A stretch of DNA of 24,572 nucleotides from a virus (lineage: Duplodnaviria; Caudoviricetes), in the IMG/VR virus record IMGVR_UViG_3300032112_000003, positions 1 to 24,572 of that record, one strand, 5' to 3'. The notes under the pieces are model-generated. The model ran no database searches, was not told where the DNA came from, and was given only the letters and a program-made list of their open reading frames with translations. Below, piece by piece: positions 9,170-17,957 of the stretch (the stretch's first letter is position 1; each line of letters begins with the position of its first letter). Both the position numbers and the translations under genes were made by a program.

Positions 9170-11519
9170 GTGTTCGTCTGCACCGTGGCCATCACGGCCA
9201 GCACCGTGAGGGGATAAGGTTGCTCCTGGCGAATCCAAATCTGGCCCTCCTTCTCGTAGCCATCGTTGAGGCGCACGTCCTCGTCTCCGCTGAACAGGCC
9301 CGGGGCCTGCCCGAGAGGCGTGGCCGATGTGCGATGCGGCGGGGAGAACGCCCCGTCCTGGCGCAGGCCGACGGAGTAGCCGAGGCTGCGGTGGACCCTG
9401 GCGATGACGCGGCTGATACGCTTGGTCTTCCCTGGGCCGTCCCGTCGTCGCCGCCGCCCTCGATGCGCAGCGTCTGGATCTCGGAGACGTATGGCAGGCC
9501 GATGGTGGCCTTCGTGGCCGCCTTGTCGATGCTCACGGAGCCGCCCGTGACCACCTTGGGCGACCTGACCGAGCCATCCGCCAGGATATGCACGGTCTTA
9601 CCCTCCAGGTGGTCCAGCCCCGAGAATGTCGTCACGGAAGGCCCGGAATAGGTCAGGGCGGAGTCGAGGAACACGGCGTCATCCCGGCCCTGGTCAACGA
9701 AGGGGGCGGCCATGCGCTCCACGTATCGCTTGGTCACGCCGCCGATGGTGCGCTTGACGATCAGCCAAACCTGATCGTTCTCGCCGGAAGGAATGACGGC
9801 CACGTCCTCGATTTCGCCGTCCGTGTCGTGCCAGTGCCAGCCCACCACCTGCTCGCCCCGGTTGTAGGTCAGGCCCAGGAGCTTGCCGTCGCCCCGGACC
9901 ATCCAGACGATGGAGTCCGGGTTCTGGGCGTAGGCCATGGCCGTGACTCCTCCGGCGGTGATGTCCTCGGAGAGCAGGGACAGGTCCGGGGCTACCCACC
10001 CGTTCGACTGGTAGTCGTAGACCAGTTCGCGCACCTTGCGCCCGCCGCGCTGGGCGAACAGCGTCACGCCAGCCACCTTCACGGGCGTCACGTTCTGGGC
10101 GCTCCCGTAGGCGGTCTCCTCCTTGGCCGTGGCCGTGGCCGGGGACAGAGGGGAATCCGAGTCCGCCGCGCCTATGCGCCATTCCGATCCGCTGGTGCCC
10201 ACCACAAGCGATTTCGTTGAGACCAGCCAGCCGATGGCGTTGACCTGGTTGCTCGCCATTGTCAGGTTGAGTGGATCGTCCGCCTCCACGCCGGGCGTGA
10301 AGTCCGTGTACTTGGCGGTCTTGGAGCACCACGCCGTCTGCGGGCTCTTGGCCGTGCTGCCGAAGCACAGCCGCTGCTGGTGGAAGGTCACGCAGGACGG
10401 AAAGCCCTGGGACGCGCTCCATGCCCCCTCGCGCCACGTGTGCGTGGCCGCCGTCGAGGCCAGGGGTTCCAGCACCGTGGCCGTGGCCGTGGTGGCGTTG
10501 GTCACGGCGTCCACCCGGCAGTAACCGGCGTAGGCCCCGTGGCGCAGGCGAATGAAGGCCCCCACGTGCCCGGACTCAAAGAAGTTCCAGCTGGCCGCCA
10601 AGGTGACGGACTCCTGGCGGCTGAGGCGCACGTTGTCGATGGCCCTGGCTGCGAGGGCCGAATGCAGGAAGCCCAGATAGATGGTGGTGGCTCCCGGGGC
10701 GAGCTTGAGCGTCTGCTCGCCCTTCTCGTAGGCCGCGTCCGCCTTGATCTCCTGGCCACCGTCCGTGGTGCCAATACGCAGGGTCACGGGGCCGGACTTC
10801 ACCTCGAATTCCAGCGTGTATTCCACACCCGCGGCCGGGAGCGTCACTTGCTGCTGGGCGTGGGCCGCCGTGGTCCCGTTGGAGTTCAGGACCATGTAGG
10901 AGCCGCTGTCCCAGGATATGGCCGAACCGGCCCCGCTCTTGTCGGTCCAGTCGCTGATGGAGGTGTCGAAGGTGCCGTTCTTGACGTGCTGGCCGGTGCC
11001 GGACGGGGTGATGGTCTTGGCCTGGTCCGTATTCTCGTCCAGGTAGGGTCCGTCGATGAAAAGCAGGCTGGCCAGGCTCCATGCGGTATGGTCCGTCCGC
11101 GTCAGCGTGCGCGGCGGATGGCCCGGGCACACGAGAAAGAGCGTGTCCGCGTTCTGGGTCCATTTGAGGCCGGGGAGGTCGGCCTCCGCGTAGAGAGTGG
11201 CAATCTCGTAGGGCGTCCCGCCGTTGAGAACGGCCCATCCGTCCTTGTAGACGCGCATGTAGAGGTCGCCGAACTCCATCATGTAGGCCTGGCTGGTGCT
11301 GAACTCGAAGGGCACGAGCCGGGCCTTCTTGCTGGAGGTCTTGGTCTCCTGAACGAAGATAGAGCCGCTTCTGCGGGTCACGCCGCCGTGCGGCATGAGC
11401 ACCATGTTCCGGCACTCGGCAAGGCCGGTCTGGTACTTGGCGAGGTCCACGCGGCCGAAGAGCCTGGGCGAGATGCGCCCGGCAGTGAAGCTGGCCTGGA
11501 TGGTCGTGACCTTGCCCAT
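9166..11519 (-). CDS. Tail nozzle/tail tubular protein B (T7 gp12/P22 gp10-like), with a frameshift near 9430
   Basis: N-terminus SFTAGRISPRLFGRVDL..Y...N....PHGG..RR.G; FHQQRLCF and GWHWHDT motifs. The expected C-terminus (KTKRISRV...GQIWIRQEQPYPLTVLAV...TNT*) is in another frame and ends at 9166. Confidence 0.88.
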
Positions 11520-12088
11520 TACTGGCGCGCCTCCACCCACGTGACGGTGGTGAAATTCGGCTGGCCGGTGGACTGACCGTCAACGGCCTTGGCCCGCTGG
11601 CGCTTCATCTCGTATTCCTGCCCGAGTGCGGTCTTGAGGGAAGCGTTCCCGGCCACGGACATGGCCAGGTCAACGGCCATGCGTGTGGCGATGAGGTCCA
11701 CCAGCACTGGCTCGTAGGTGCCCGGGTCTTCGTTTCGGAAGACGTAGATCACCGGGGCCGTGCTCTCGTTCGTCAGCAGGGCGCGGCCCTCGATGGCGTA
11801 GGGCCTGGGGTCGTTGGGGTCGTCTCCGAGGCGCGTGAGGTCCAGGAAGTCCGGCGGCAACTGGTACTTGTTGGCCCACTCGAAGGCCGGGGATTCGTCC
11901 AGCCGGGCCAGCGTCGCCCGCTTCACGCAGGACGCCCACGGCCTGATCTGCATCACCTCGTCGCGCACGTCGTCGTAGATCAGAGCGCAGGCCGAAGCAG
12001 CCGCCGAGCCCTCGTCCAGGTCGGCAATGACCCCTCCCCCGATCTTGGAGAGGGCCAGGTTGCAAATCTTGATCTTGGAAGCGCCCAT
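11519..12088 (-). CDS. Tail tubular protein A/head-tail adaptor (189 aa)
   Basis: ICNLAL..IG, W....KRA.L and YQLPPDFL motifs; lies directly before the nozzle with TAATG coupling. Confidence 0.85.
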   Translation of the reverse strand: MGASKIKICNLALSKIGGGVIADLDEGSAAASACALIYDDVRDEVMQIRPWASCVKRATLARLDESPAFEWANKYQLPPDFLDLTRLGDDPNDPRPYAIEGRALLTNESTAPVIYVFRNEDPGTYEPVLVDLIATRMAVDLAMSVAGNASLKTALGQEYEMKRQRAKAVDGQSTGQPNFTTVTWVEARQ

Positions 12089-12090
12089 AG

Positions 12091-12411
12091 CTACTCCTGC
12101 CCGTAGAGGACATCAGCCGCCGGGGCTCCCGACGGCTGCTTGCTCGCGGCCATGTCGGTCAGCTGGATGCTGACCTCCATGCGCTTCCCGTTCTGGGAGT
12201 CATCGTTCAGTGAAACTCCCTGGACGAAGCCCACCGCTTGAATGTTCACCTTCTCCCCGGCAGCCATGCCCTCCAGGCCAAGGCTTTTCACGATATCGTC
12301 TTCCAGGCGGATGGACGTGCCCCAGCCGTATTCGTTCTCCATCGGGGCGCAGCAGCAATTATCCCGTTCCTGCTCCGCTTTCGGCCTCTTGAGGCTGACA
12401 AGTCCGTCCAT
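12091..12411 (-). CDS. Putative capsid staple/decoration protein (epsilon15 gp10-like, 106 aa)
   Basis: YGWGTSIRLEDD..KSLGL...IQLTDM and C-terminal ADVLYG pattern; position after the capsid genes. Confidence 0.55.
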   Translation of the reverse strand: MDGLVSLKRPKAEQERDNCCCAPMENEYGWGTSIRLEDDIVKSLGLEGMAAGEKVNIQAVGFVQGVSLNDDSQNGKRMEVSIQLTDMAASKQPSGAPAADVLYGQE

Positions 12412-12422
12412 GGTGCCCTCGG

Positions 12423-12447
12423 AAAGGGCCGAGCCGAAGCCCGGCCC
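12423..12447 (-). terminator. Intrinsic terminator/attenuator hairpin after the capsid genes
   Basis: Minus strand GGGCCGGGC-TTCG-GCTCGGCCC-TTT: 9-bp stem with a C(UUCG)G tetraloop and a short U tract. Confidence 0.7.
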
Positions 12448-12452
12448 CGGTG

Positions 12453-12707
12453 TTACTGGTTGGCGTCCAGGAGAGCCTGGAGGTCGGCCTTGTTGGCGTT
12501 GGCGGGGACGTCCACGCCCTTGGCTTTCAGGGACTCGATGATTTGGGCCTTGGTCGGGGCTTTGGGGTCGTCGCCGCCCTCGCAGGGCTCGGTTACCGTG
12601 AAGTACTCGAGCGAGGGGTGATCCCCGGGAAGGTCGAGGTTCCCTTCCCAGCCCTTCTCGTAATAGGCCCCGGCGATTTCGCAGGTGGTGTGGCAGATCA
12701 CTTTCAC
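12453..12707 (-). CDS. Small protein with a C-terminal HeH/LEM-like domain (84 aa)
   Basis: TKAQIIESLKAKGVDVPANANKADLQALL helix-extended-helix motif; GGAGG SD before GTG. Confidence 0.75.
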   Translation of the reverse strand: MKVICHTTCEIAGAYYEKGWEGNLDLPGDHPSLEYFTVTEPCEGGDDPKAPTKAQIIESLKAKGVDVPANANKADLQALLDANQ

Positions 12708-12717
12708 CGGGGACCTC

Positions 12718-13119
12718 CTACGGGTTGGTCTGGCGGTTGAGGATCAGGCCGCCCGTGATCTTGCCGGTGGTCGGCGCGGTGCCGGTGACGGTGTAGTAGA
12801 GGCGCACGTAGCGCAGGCAGCCCTTGGGGAGCGGCGTGCGGAGCACCTCCTTGTTGATGGCGAGCCCGCCCGAGGCCAGGGTGATGGTTTCCTGAGCCGG
12901 AAGGTCCACGGGGCTGGAAAAGGCCGCGTCCGTGGCGGTCTGGAGCTTGATGCCCAGGCTGGTCAGGTTGTTGAAAGCCTCGGTGGTCCTGGCGAAGATT
13001 TCCAGCCCTTCGGTCTTGCCCGCGTCGGCGGAACCCAGGTCGAGCACGTTGGTGGACGCCCGGCTGGCCGTGATGGCGGCAGCGGACTCCTCGAACATCA
13101 GCTGCTTGTCGAGAATCAT
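12718..13119 (-). CDS. Capsid cement protein (BPP-1 Bbp16-like, 133 aa)
   Basis: MILDKQLMF, STNVLDLG and LRYVRLYYTV..T..TTGKIT motifs; immediately after the major capsid protein. Confidence 0.85.
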   Translation of the reverse strand: MILDKQLMFEESAAAITASRASTNVLDLGSADAGKTEGLEIFARTTEAFNNLTSLGIKLQTATDAAFSSPVDLPAQETITLASGGLAINKEVLRTPLPKGCLRYVRLYYTVTGTAPTTGKITGGLILNRQTNP

Positions 13120-13143
13120 GGTCGGTTATCCTCCTTCCCTGGC

Positions 13144-14133
13144 CTAGCTGACCTGGGATTCGGTGTTGAGCAGCTGATCGCTGCGGCGCACGGGGATGCC
13201 GTCGAAGGCCACGACCTTCTTGCCCGCCACGCTGTCCAGGGTCAGCTGGGTCACGGTCTTGTTCATGATCTGGCGGCGCAGGAAGGAGCGGACCTTCTGG
13301 TTCACGTAGAACACCGGGCGGCCCATGCCCTGATTCGGCAGCAGCTCGACGGCCTGCACCATCAGATCGATCAGGTCGGCCCCGGAGGCGGCGTTCTTGG
13401 TCAGGGCGGTCACGTCGATGTTGGCGATGCGCACGAAGTAGCGCCAGTCGCGGATGCACATGCCGATCTTCCACTGGTAGTGGGAGCGGTAGCCCTGGTA
13501 CTTGCCGCCGTTCGCGTCGATCAGAGTCTGCTCGCCCAGGTCCTTGTGCTGGAACCCGGCCTTGCTGCCCTTGGGGAAGATGCCGAAGCCGGTGTTGTCG
13601 CCCCAGCAGCACAGCCAGATGGAAGTCAGGTTGGAGGAGCCGCCGCCGGACAGGATGTTGCCCGAGGAGGCCGCGCCGGACAGCGACGGATAGCGCGGGG
13701 TCAGGCCCATGAAGCGCTCGGGGTACTGCGCGGTGTTGCCGTAGAAGAGGGTCGCGGCCATCTGCTGGTTCATGGCTTCCAGGAAGGCGCGGTCCTCGCT
13801 CAGCCTGAAATCGGCGGTGTTGCCGTTCAGGTCGGCCAGGTCCTTGTCCACCTCGGAGTAGGCCTCCAGCATGCCGCAGGTGTCGGTGACCTGGGCGGTG
13901 GTGCTCTTCGAGGGCTGGACGCCGTAGTTGAGCATGCGCCACGTGGCCTCGGGGAGGCCGGTGCGCACGGTGATCTTGTGGCCGGTCTCGAGGTTGCCCT
14001 CCATGAAGGGGAGGTCGTCCAAGATCTCGTTGGTCTGCCCGAGCAGTTCGACGATCTTGTCCACCTTGCCATTGGGGTCCTTGCGCTTGGCCCAGTCGGC
14101 CAGGGTAAGGCTGTTCACGCCAACGGTCGTCAT
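13144..14133 (-). CDS. Major capsid protein (BPP-1/epsilon15-type HK97 fold, 329 aa)
   Basis: TNEILDDLPFMEGN, RTGLPEATWR..NYGV, SEVDKDLA, DWRY.VRIANID and FDGIPVRRSD motifs; AAGGAG SD. Confidence 0.95.
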   Translation of the reverse strand: MTTVGVNSLTLADWAKRKDPNGKVDKIVELLGQTNEILDDLPFMEGNLETGHKITVRTGLPEATWRMLNYGVQPSKSTTAQVTDTCGMLEAYSEVDKDLADLNGNTADFRLSEDRAFLEAMNQQMAATLFYGNTAQYPERFMGLTPRYPSLSGAASSGNILSGGGSSNLTSIWLCCWGDNTGFGIFPKGSKAGFQHKDLGEQTLIDANGGKYQGYRSHYQWKIGMCIRDWRYFVRIANIDVTALTKNAASGADLIDLMVQAVELLPNQGMGRPVFYVNQKVRSFLRRQIMNKTVTQLTLDSVAGKKVVAFDGIPVRRSDQLLNTESQVS

Positions 14134-14145
14134 ATCGTTGTCTCC

Positions 14146-14838
14146 TTATTTCTGGTTGGGGTAGAGCACGCCAGCCGCGCTGGTGTTCGTGCCGCCGCCC
14201 CCCGTGGCTCCGGTGATGAAGGAGTCCTCGGAGAGCAGCTTTCCAATGCGGTGGAACACCCTGACCATGTCCGGGTCGTTGCCGAGGCCGGTCGCGTCCA
14301 GCTTGGCCTTGAGGTCGGGCGTGCCGAGCCTGTCCAGGGTCTTCCCGGCCAGAGCCAGATTCCCCTGGTAATCGTCGCCCCAGTCCTTCATGAGGAGCGC
14401 GGCGGATTCGGACATGGCCTTCTCGTTGGCCTTGACGGCCTGCTCGCGCAGGGCGTCGAACCCGGCCTTGAGCGTGGTGGCCTGGGCCTTGGTGAGCCCC
14501 TGCTTGAACGCCTCGTCGGCAAACCACTTGGTCAGGTCGTCCTTGCCCTCCAGCCCGTATTCAGCGGCGCTCTGCACGTCCGCCTTGGGGCCTTCGGACT
14601 TCTCCCCGCCCTTCTCCCCTTCCTTGCCGTCGCCGGGCTTGGCGTTGGGGTCGCCCCCTTCGCCGCCCTGGGGAGGCGTGCCGCCGTCCGGCTTGGCCGC
14701 GTCGGCCTGGGGACTGGGGTTCGGGTTATCGCCCTGGGCCGGGGGATTCCCGCCCTGGGGCGCGCCGTGGCTGCTGTTGTCCGCGCCCGTCCCGGTGTCA
14801 GCCTGCGGGGTGGCGTCAGGAGCCGTGGGGTCTGCCAT
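14146..14838 (-). CDS. Capsid scaffolding protein (230 aa)
   Basis: Disordered P/G/D-rich N-half, then WGDDY..NL..A and GLGNDPDMVRVF..IGK.LSED; directly before the capsid gene. Confidence 0.85.
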   Translation of the reverse strand: MADPTAPDATPQADTGTGADNSSHGAPQGGNPPAQGDNPNPSPQADAAKPDGGTPPQGGEGGDPNAKPGDGKEGEKGGEKSEGPKADVQSAAEYGLEGKDDLTKWFADEAFKQGLTKAQATTLKAGFDALREQAVKANEKAMSESAALLMKDWGDDYQGNLALAGKTLDRLGTPDLKAKLDATGLGNDPDMVRVFHRIGKLLSEDSFITGATGGGGTNTSAAGVLYPNQK

Positions 14839-15172
14839 GTTTCAATTCCTCCTCGGCCTCGCAGGCCGCTTGCATGATGAGAGCGACGGCGGACATGTCG
14901 CGCACGCCGCACATTTCCAGGATGAAAAGCATCACGTCCCGCTTGCCCTCGTTGAGGTAGGAGACGCTGTTGCCGGTGAACGTCGTAGCCAGTAGACGCG
15001 TGTAGGCGGACAGGGTCATGAGCACCTTGCGCCCGTCCTCGCTGTCCAGAAACGATTGGCGGAAGCAGCGCCGAAGGTCAGCGTCCGCCTTCATCAGGAG
15101 GTCCGCCTCCTGCTTGCGATCCTGGTCAATGTTGCCCAGTTGGCGACCGTCCCAGATGGTCTGATCGTTCAT
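14816..15172 (-). CDS. Bbp19-like protein (118 aa)
   Basis: True start is ATG 15172 (ATGA with the portal stop). F..SEDGRKVL and FTGNS..YLNEGKRDV motifs. Confidence 0.8.
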   Translation of the reverse strand: MNDQTIWDGRQLGNIDQDRKQEADLLMKADADLRRCFRQSFLDSEDGRKVLMTLSAYTRLLATTFTGNSVSYLNEGKRDVMLFILEMCGVRDMSAVALIMQAACEAEEELKHGRPHGS

Positions 15173-16833
15173 TGCGCCACCGCCCCGGCCATGTCGGCCA
15201 TCACGTTGCCCTCGCTGGGGATGCTCCCCAGGTCCTTGGCCTGCTGGGTCATGGACAGCGCGTCGGCCCGCTGTTCTTCGGCCTGCATCGCCGCTGCCTG
15301 AGCCTGGGCGCGGCCCTGTCGCACCTGGGCCACTTGGTCGTCGGTGACCAGGAGTTTCGGTGGCACGCCCTGCGCTTCGGCGTATTCGTCCACGGCGGCG
15401 TCGAAGTTGGCCTTGTCCAGGACATCCGGCTTGAGCTGGGCAAGGCTGCCCACGAACGCGGCGAACTGGCTGATGCTCGCCGTGCCCACGGCCTTCTGCG
15501 CCTGGGCCAACAGGCTGATGTACTCGACCTTGATGTCCTGGCCGACCAGCTCTTTCGGGATCGGCGGGGCCTGATCGGGCGGTATCTGGCGGAACAGGAT
15601 GGAGAAAGTTCGCTGGATGTCCGGGTCCAATACCTCGGATTGCGTGCGCTCGATGACCGGCCCGAGCAGAAGCAGTTTCTCGGCGTGCCGTTCGGCCACC
15701 TCCGTGGCCGTCATGTCCGGATGGTTCTGGACCGTCAGAAACAGGTCGTTGAAGAACCCGGCGCGGATGTTCGGCTTGACCACCTCCAGGAGATACTGCC
15801 GGACGCCGTTCAGGTCGGGGTTGACCTGGAACAGTGGGCGGATGTTCTCCGGGGTGCCGTCGTAGTAGGTCCGTCCGCCAGGGAGGTCGTTCAACACGCC
15901 CTTGATGGTCGAGGGGATAATATGGGGGGGCCTGACCTGGAGCTGGATGCCGTAGATCGCCGCCTCGGACATGCTCTGGAGCATCTTGACGTCGCCCAGG
16001 ACATCCATGCCAGGACCGCGCCCGTAGGCGTCGTTGCCCACCACGTCCCACCTGGCGGCCATGAAGGGCTGTTCCTCGAACCCACCAACGGACAGGAAAT
16101 CGTCCCCGCCTTCTTCGAGGTAGTAGGAGGCGTAGGGCTTGTTGCGCCCGTCAGCCTTGCCCGGATCGCGGCCCTTGTTGGGCTCGATGCCGTGAATGAC
16201 CTTGATGGGCTCGAATGGCGACTTCTCCAAGAGGTTCTGCGCGGCCTGCGACATCTTGGCCCTGCCAAACTGCTGCTCCATCTGCCTGGGCGTCATCCAG
16301 AAGAGGCGGTACAGCGTGTCCACCTGCCCCTTGTAGTTGGTGCCGAGGTAGTATTCCCCGATGGTCGCGCAGTGGTAGCGGACGCCCAGGGGCGCATCGT
16401 CCAGGGCCAGGAGCAGGCCGGTTCCGAATCCGGGGAGCTCCAGGAAGAACGTGGCCGCGCACTCATAGAAGTTGGACCGGGCCTTGGCGTGCAGTATCTT
16501 CCGCTCCCACCATGCCAGCCAGTCGCGCACGCCGGGCGCGTTCTGCAGGTCCGGGTCCGATGTGCCAAGGCGGAACCAGGGGCGGGACAGCGGCGTCAGG
16601 CCGCCATGCATCCCGGCAGCGATCATGCGCAGGGACTGCGTGCCTTGGGAGTCGATGATCTTGTCGTTGCGCTTCTCGCCCCGGTTGGGCTTGTCGCCGG
16701 ACGTGACGAAACGCCCACGCCCGGGCAGCAGATACTGGGCGATTTCCTTCCAGTGCGAGTCCCAGGTTGACTCCCGCTCCGACTTGAGGGCGTTGAAGCG
16801 GGCAAGGAATTCGGTGGTCCTGTTTTCGCTCAT
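15169..16833 (-). CDS. Portal/head-tail connector (554 aa)
   Basis: RPWFRL, SNFY, FGTG, YGRGPGM..LGDVK.LQ, MTATEV.ER..EK...LGPV.ER and VEYIS.LAQAQ motifs. Confidence 0.95.
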   Translation of the reverse strand: MSENRTTEFLARFNALKSERESTWDSHWKEIAQYLLPGRGRFVTSGDKPNRGEKRNDKIIDSQGTQSLRMIAAGMHGGLTPLSRPWFRLGTSDPDLQNAPGVRDWLAWWERKILHAKARSNFYECAATFFLELPGFGTGLLLALDDAPLGVRYHCATIGEYYLGTNYKGQVDTLYRLFWMTPRQMEQQFGRAKMSQAAQNLLEKSPFEPIKVIHGIEPNKGRDPGKADGRNKPYASYYLEEGGDDFLSVGGFEEQPFMAARWDVVGNDAYGRGPGMDVLGDVKMLQSMSEAAIYGIQLQVRPPHIIPSTIKGVLNDLPGGRTYYDGTPENIRPLFQVNPDLNGVRQYLLEVVKPNIRAGFFNDLFLTVQNHPDMTATEVAERHAEKLLLLGPVIERTQSEVLDPDIQRTFSILFRQIPPDQAPPIPKELVGQDIKVEYISLLAQAQKAVGTASISQFAAFVGSLAQLKPDVLDKANFDAAVDEYAEAQGVPPKLLVTDDQVAQVRQGRAQAQAAAMQAEEQRADALSMTQQAKDLGSIPSEGNVMADMAGAVAQ

Positions 16834-17337
16834 CTACTGCCCCAGGAGGGTTTTGACGCCGAGGTCCGGAGTCGTTGTCAGGCCCTGTCCGCCGGTGAGC
16901 AGGGTGGTGAACCCTGGCAGCGTGGACCGGCGCTTGCGGGTGCGCAGGCGTTCGTCCTCTTCGGCGGTCAGGTCGGCGGCCATGCCCTCTTTCATGTCCG
17001 AGACGCGCCCGGCGGATTCAGCTGCGAGGCGCTGCTTTTCGGCCTCTTCCCGGGCTATCCGGTCGGCCTCTTCCTGCGCCCTGCGCATCTCCTCGACGCG
17101 GGAGTTGGAGTCGGCAACCAGCTGGTCCATGGCCGCCTTCTGGCTCGAAAGCTGTTGCTCCCAGGCCGTCTGCTGGTCACGGTAGCTGGCCTCGCGCTGC
17201 GCCTGTTCTGAGGCAGCCTGCTTGGCAGCCTGCTCCTGCGCCTGTTGTTGCTGCACGGCCTGGACGGCCATGAACATCATCTGCATCTGCTGCGCCTGGA
17301 TGCTGGCGCTGTTGTCTCCGCCGCCGCCTCCGGCCAT
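16834..17337 (-). CDS. Pre-portal virion protein (167 aa)
   Basis: Gly-rich N-terminus, Gln/Ala coil and C-terminal TLLTG.QG......KTLLGQ, typical of genes just upstream of podovirus portals. Confidence 0.7.
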   Translation of the reverse strand: MAGGGGGDNSASIQAQQMQMMFMAVQAVQQQQAQEQAAKQAASEQAQREASYRDQQTAWEQQLSSQKAAMDQLVADSNSRVEEMRRAQEEADRIAREEAEKQRLAAESAGRVSDMKEGMAADLTAEEDERLRTRKRRSTLPGFTTLLTGGQGLTTTPDLGVKTLLGQ

Positions 17338-17339
17338 GG

Positions 17340-17957
17340 CTACCCCGTGAGCAGCGTGGATCCGCTGCCGGTTTTTTCGTCGCTGAGGAGGCTGGAACCT
17401 GCCCTGAGTTTGTCCTTGCCGAGCAGCAGCCGCATGCGGCGCTCGTCGCGCGCCTTGGCCCGCTCTTCATCCGTGACCTTGATCTCGGACAGGCGCTTGA
17501 GTTCTTCCTCTTGCCTGTTGGCGATGATCCGCTCGCGCTCGGCCTTGGAGTACGCGTCCTGGCCCTTGGCCTTGAGTTCCTGCTCGAGGTCGTCCGCGTA
17601 GTCGCGCGCCCTCTGGATGGCGAGGGCGTTGATGTCGATCTTGGAGTAGGCGTCGGCGGACCTGGGCATGATGTCGTAGTCAGGGTCCGGAATGCGGCCC
17701 GTAGCACCCTCGCGCACGATGAGGCGCATGGCCTCCTGCATCTGCTCCTGGGGAGTCGGTCCTTGCAGCTTCTGGGCGGCCTTGAGGGTCTCGTTGCGAT
17801 AGTGCGTGTTGAGCGCCCTGCTCTCCTCCTCCGAGTTGATTCCGCCCTGCATGAACGAAGGCAACTCGGGGTCATAGACGCTCTTGGGCGGCTTGACCCT
17901 GGACAGGGTTTCGTTGACCTTGTCGATATCGACCGTAGGTTCGCCGCCGCCGCTCAT
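17340..17957 (-). CDS. Pre-portal hypothetical virion protein (205 aa)
   Basis: MSGGG N-terminus, charged coil and C-terminal SSLLS...STLLTG; ATGA-coupled to terL. Confidence 0.65.
   Translation of the reverse strand: MSGGGEPTVDIDKVNETLSRVKPPKSVYDPELPSFMQGGINSEEESRALNTHYRNETLKAAQKLQGPTPQEQMQEAMRLIVREGATGRIPDPDYDIMPRSADAYSKIDINALAIQRARDYADDLEQELKAKGQDAYSKAERERIIANRQEEELKRLSEIKVTDEERAKARDERRMRLLLGKDKLRAGSSLLSDEKTGSGSTLLTG

Noticed and set aside
12091-13119. Two candidate capsid decoration genes
   Set aside because: Probably an ordinary arrangement for this phage group, and the staple call is only moderately confident.
12704-14527. 607-aa alternative-frame minus ORF over the capsid genes
   Set aside because: Arg/Pro/Gly-rich off-frame product of GC3 bias.
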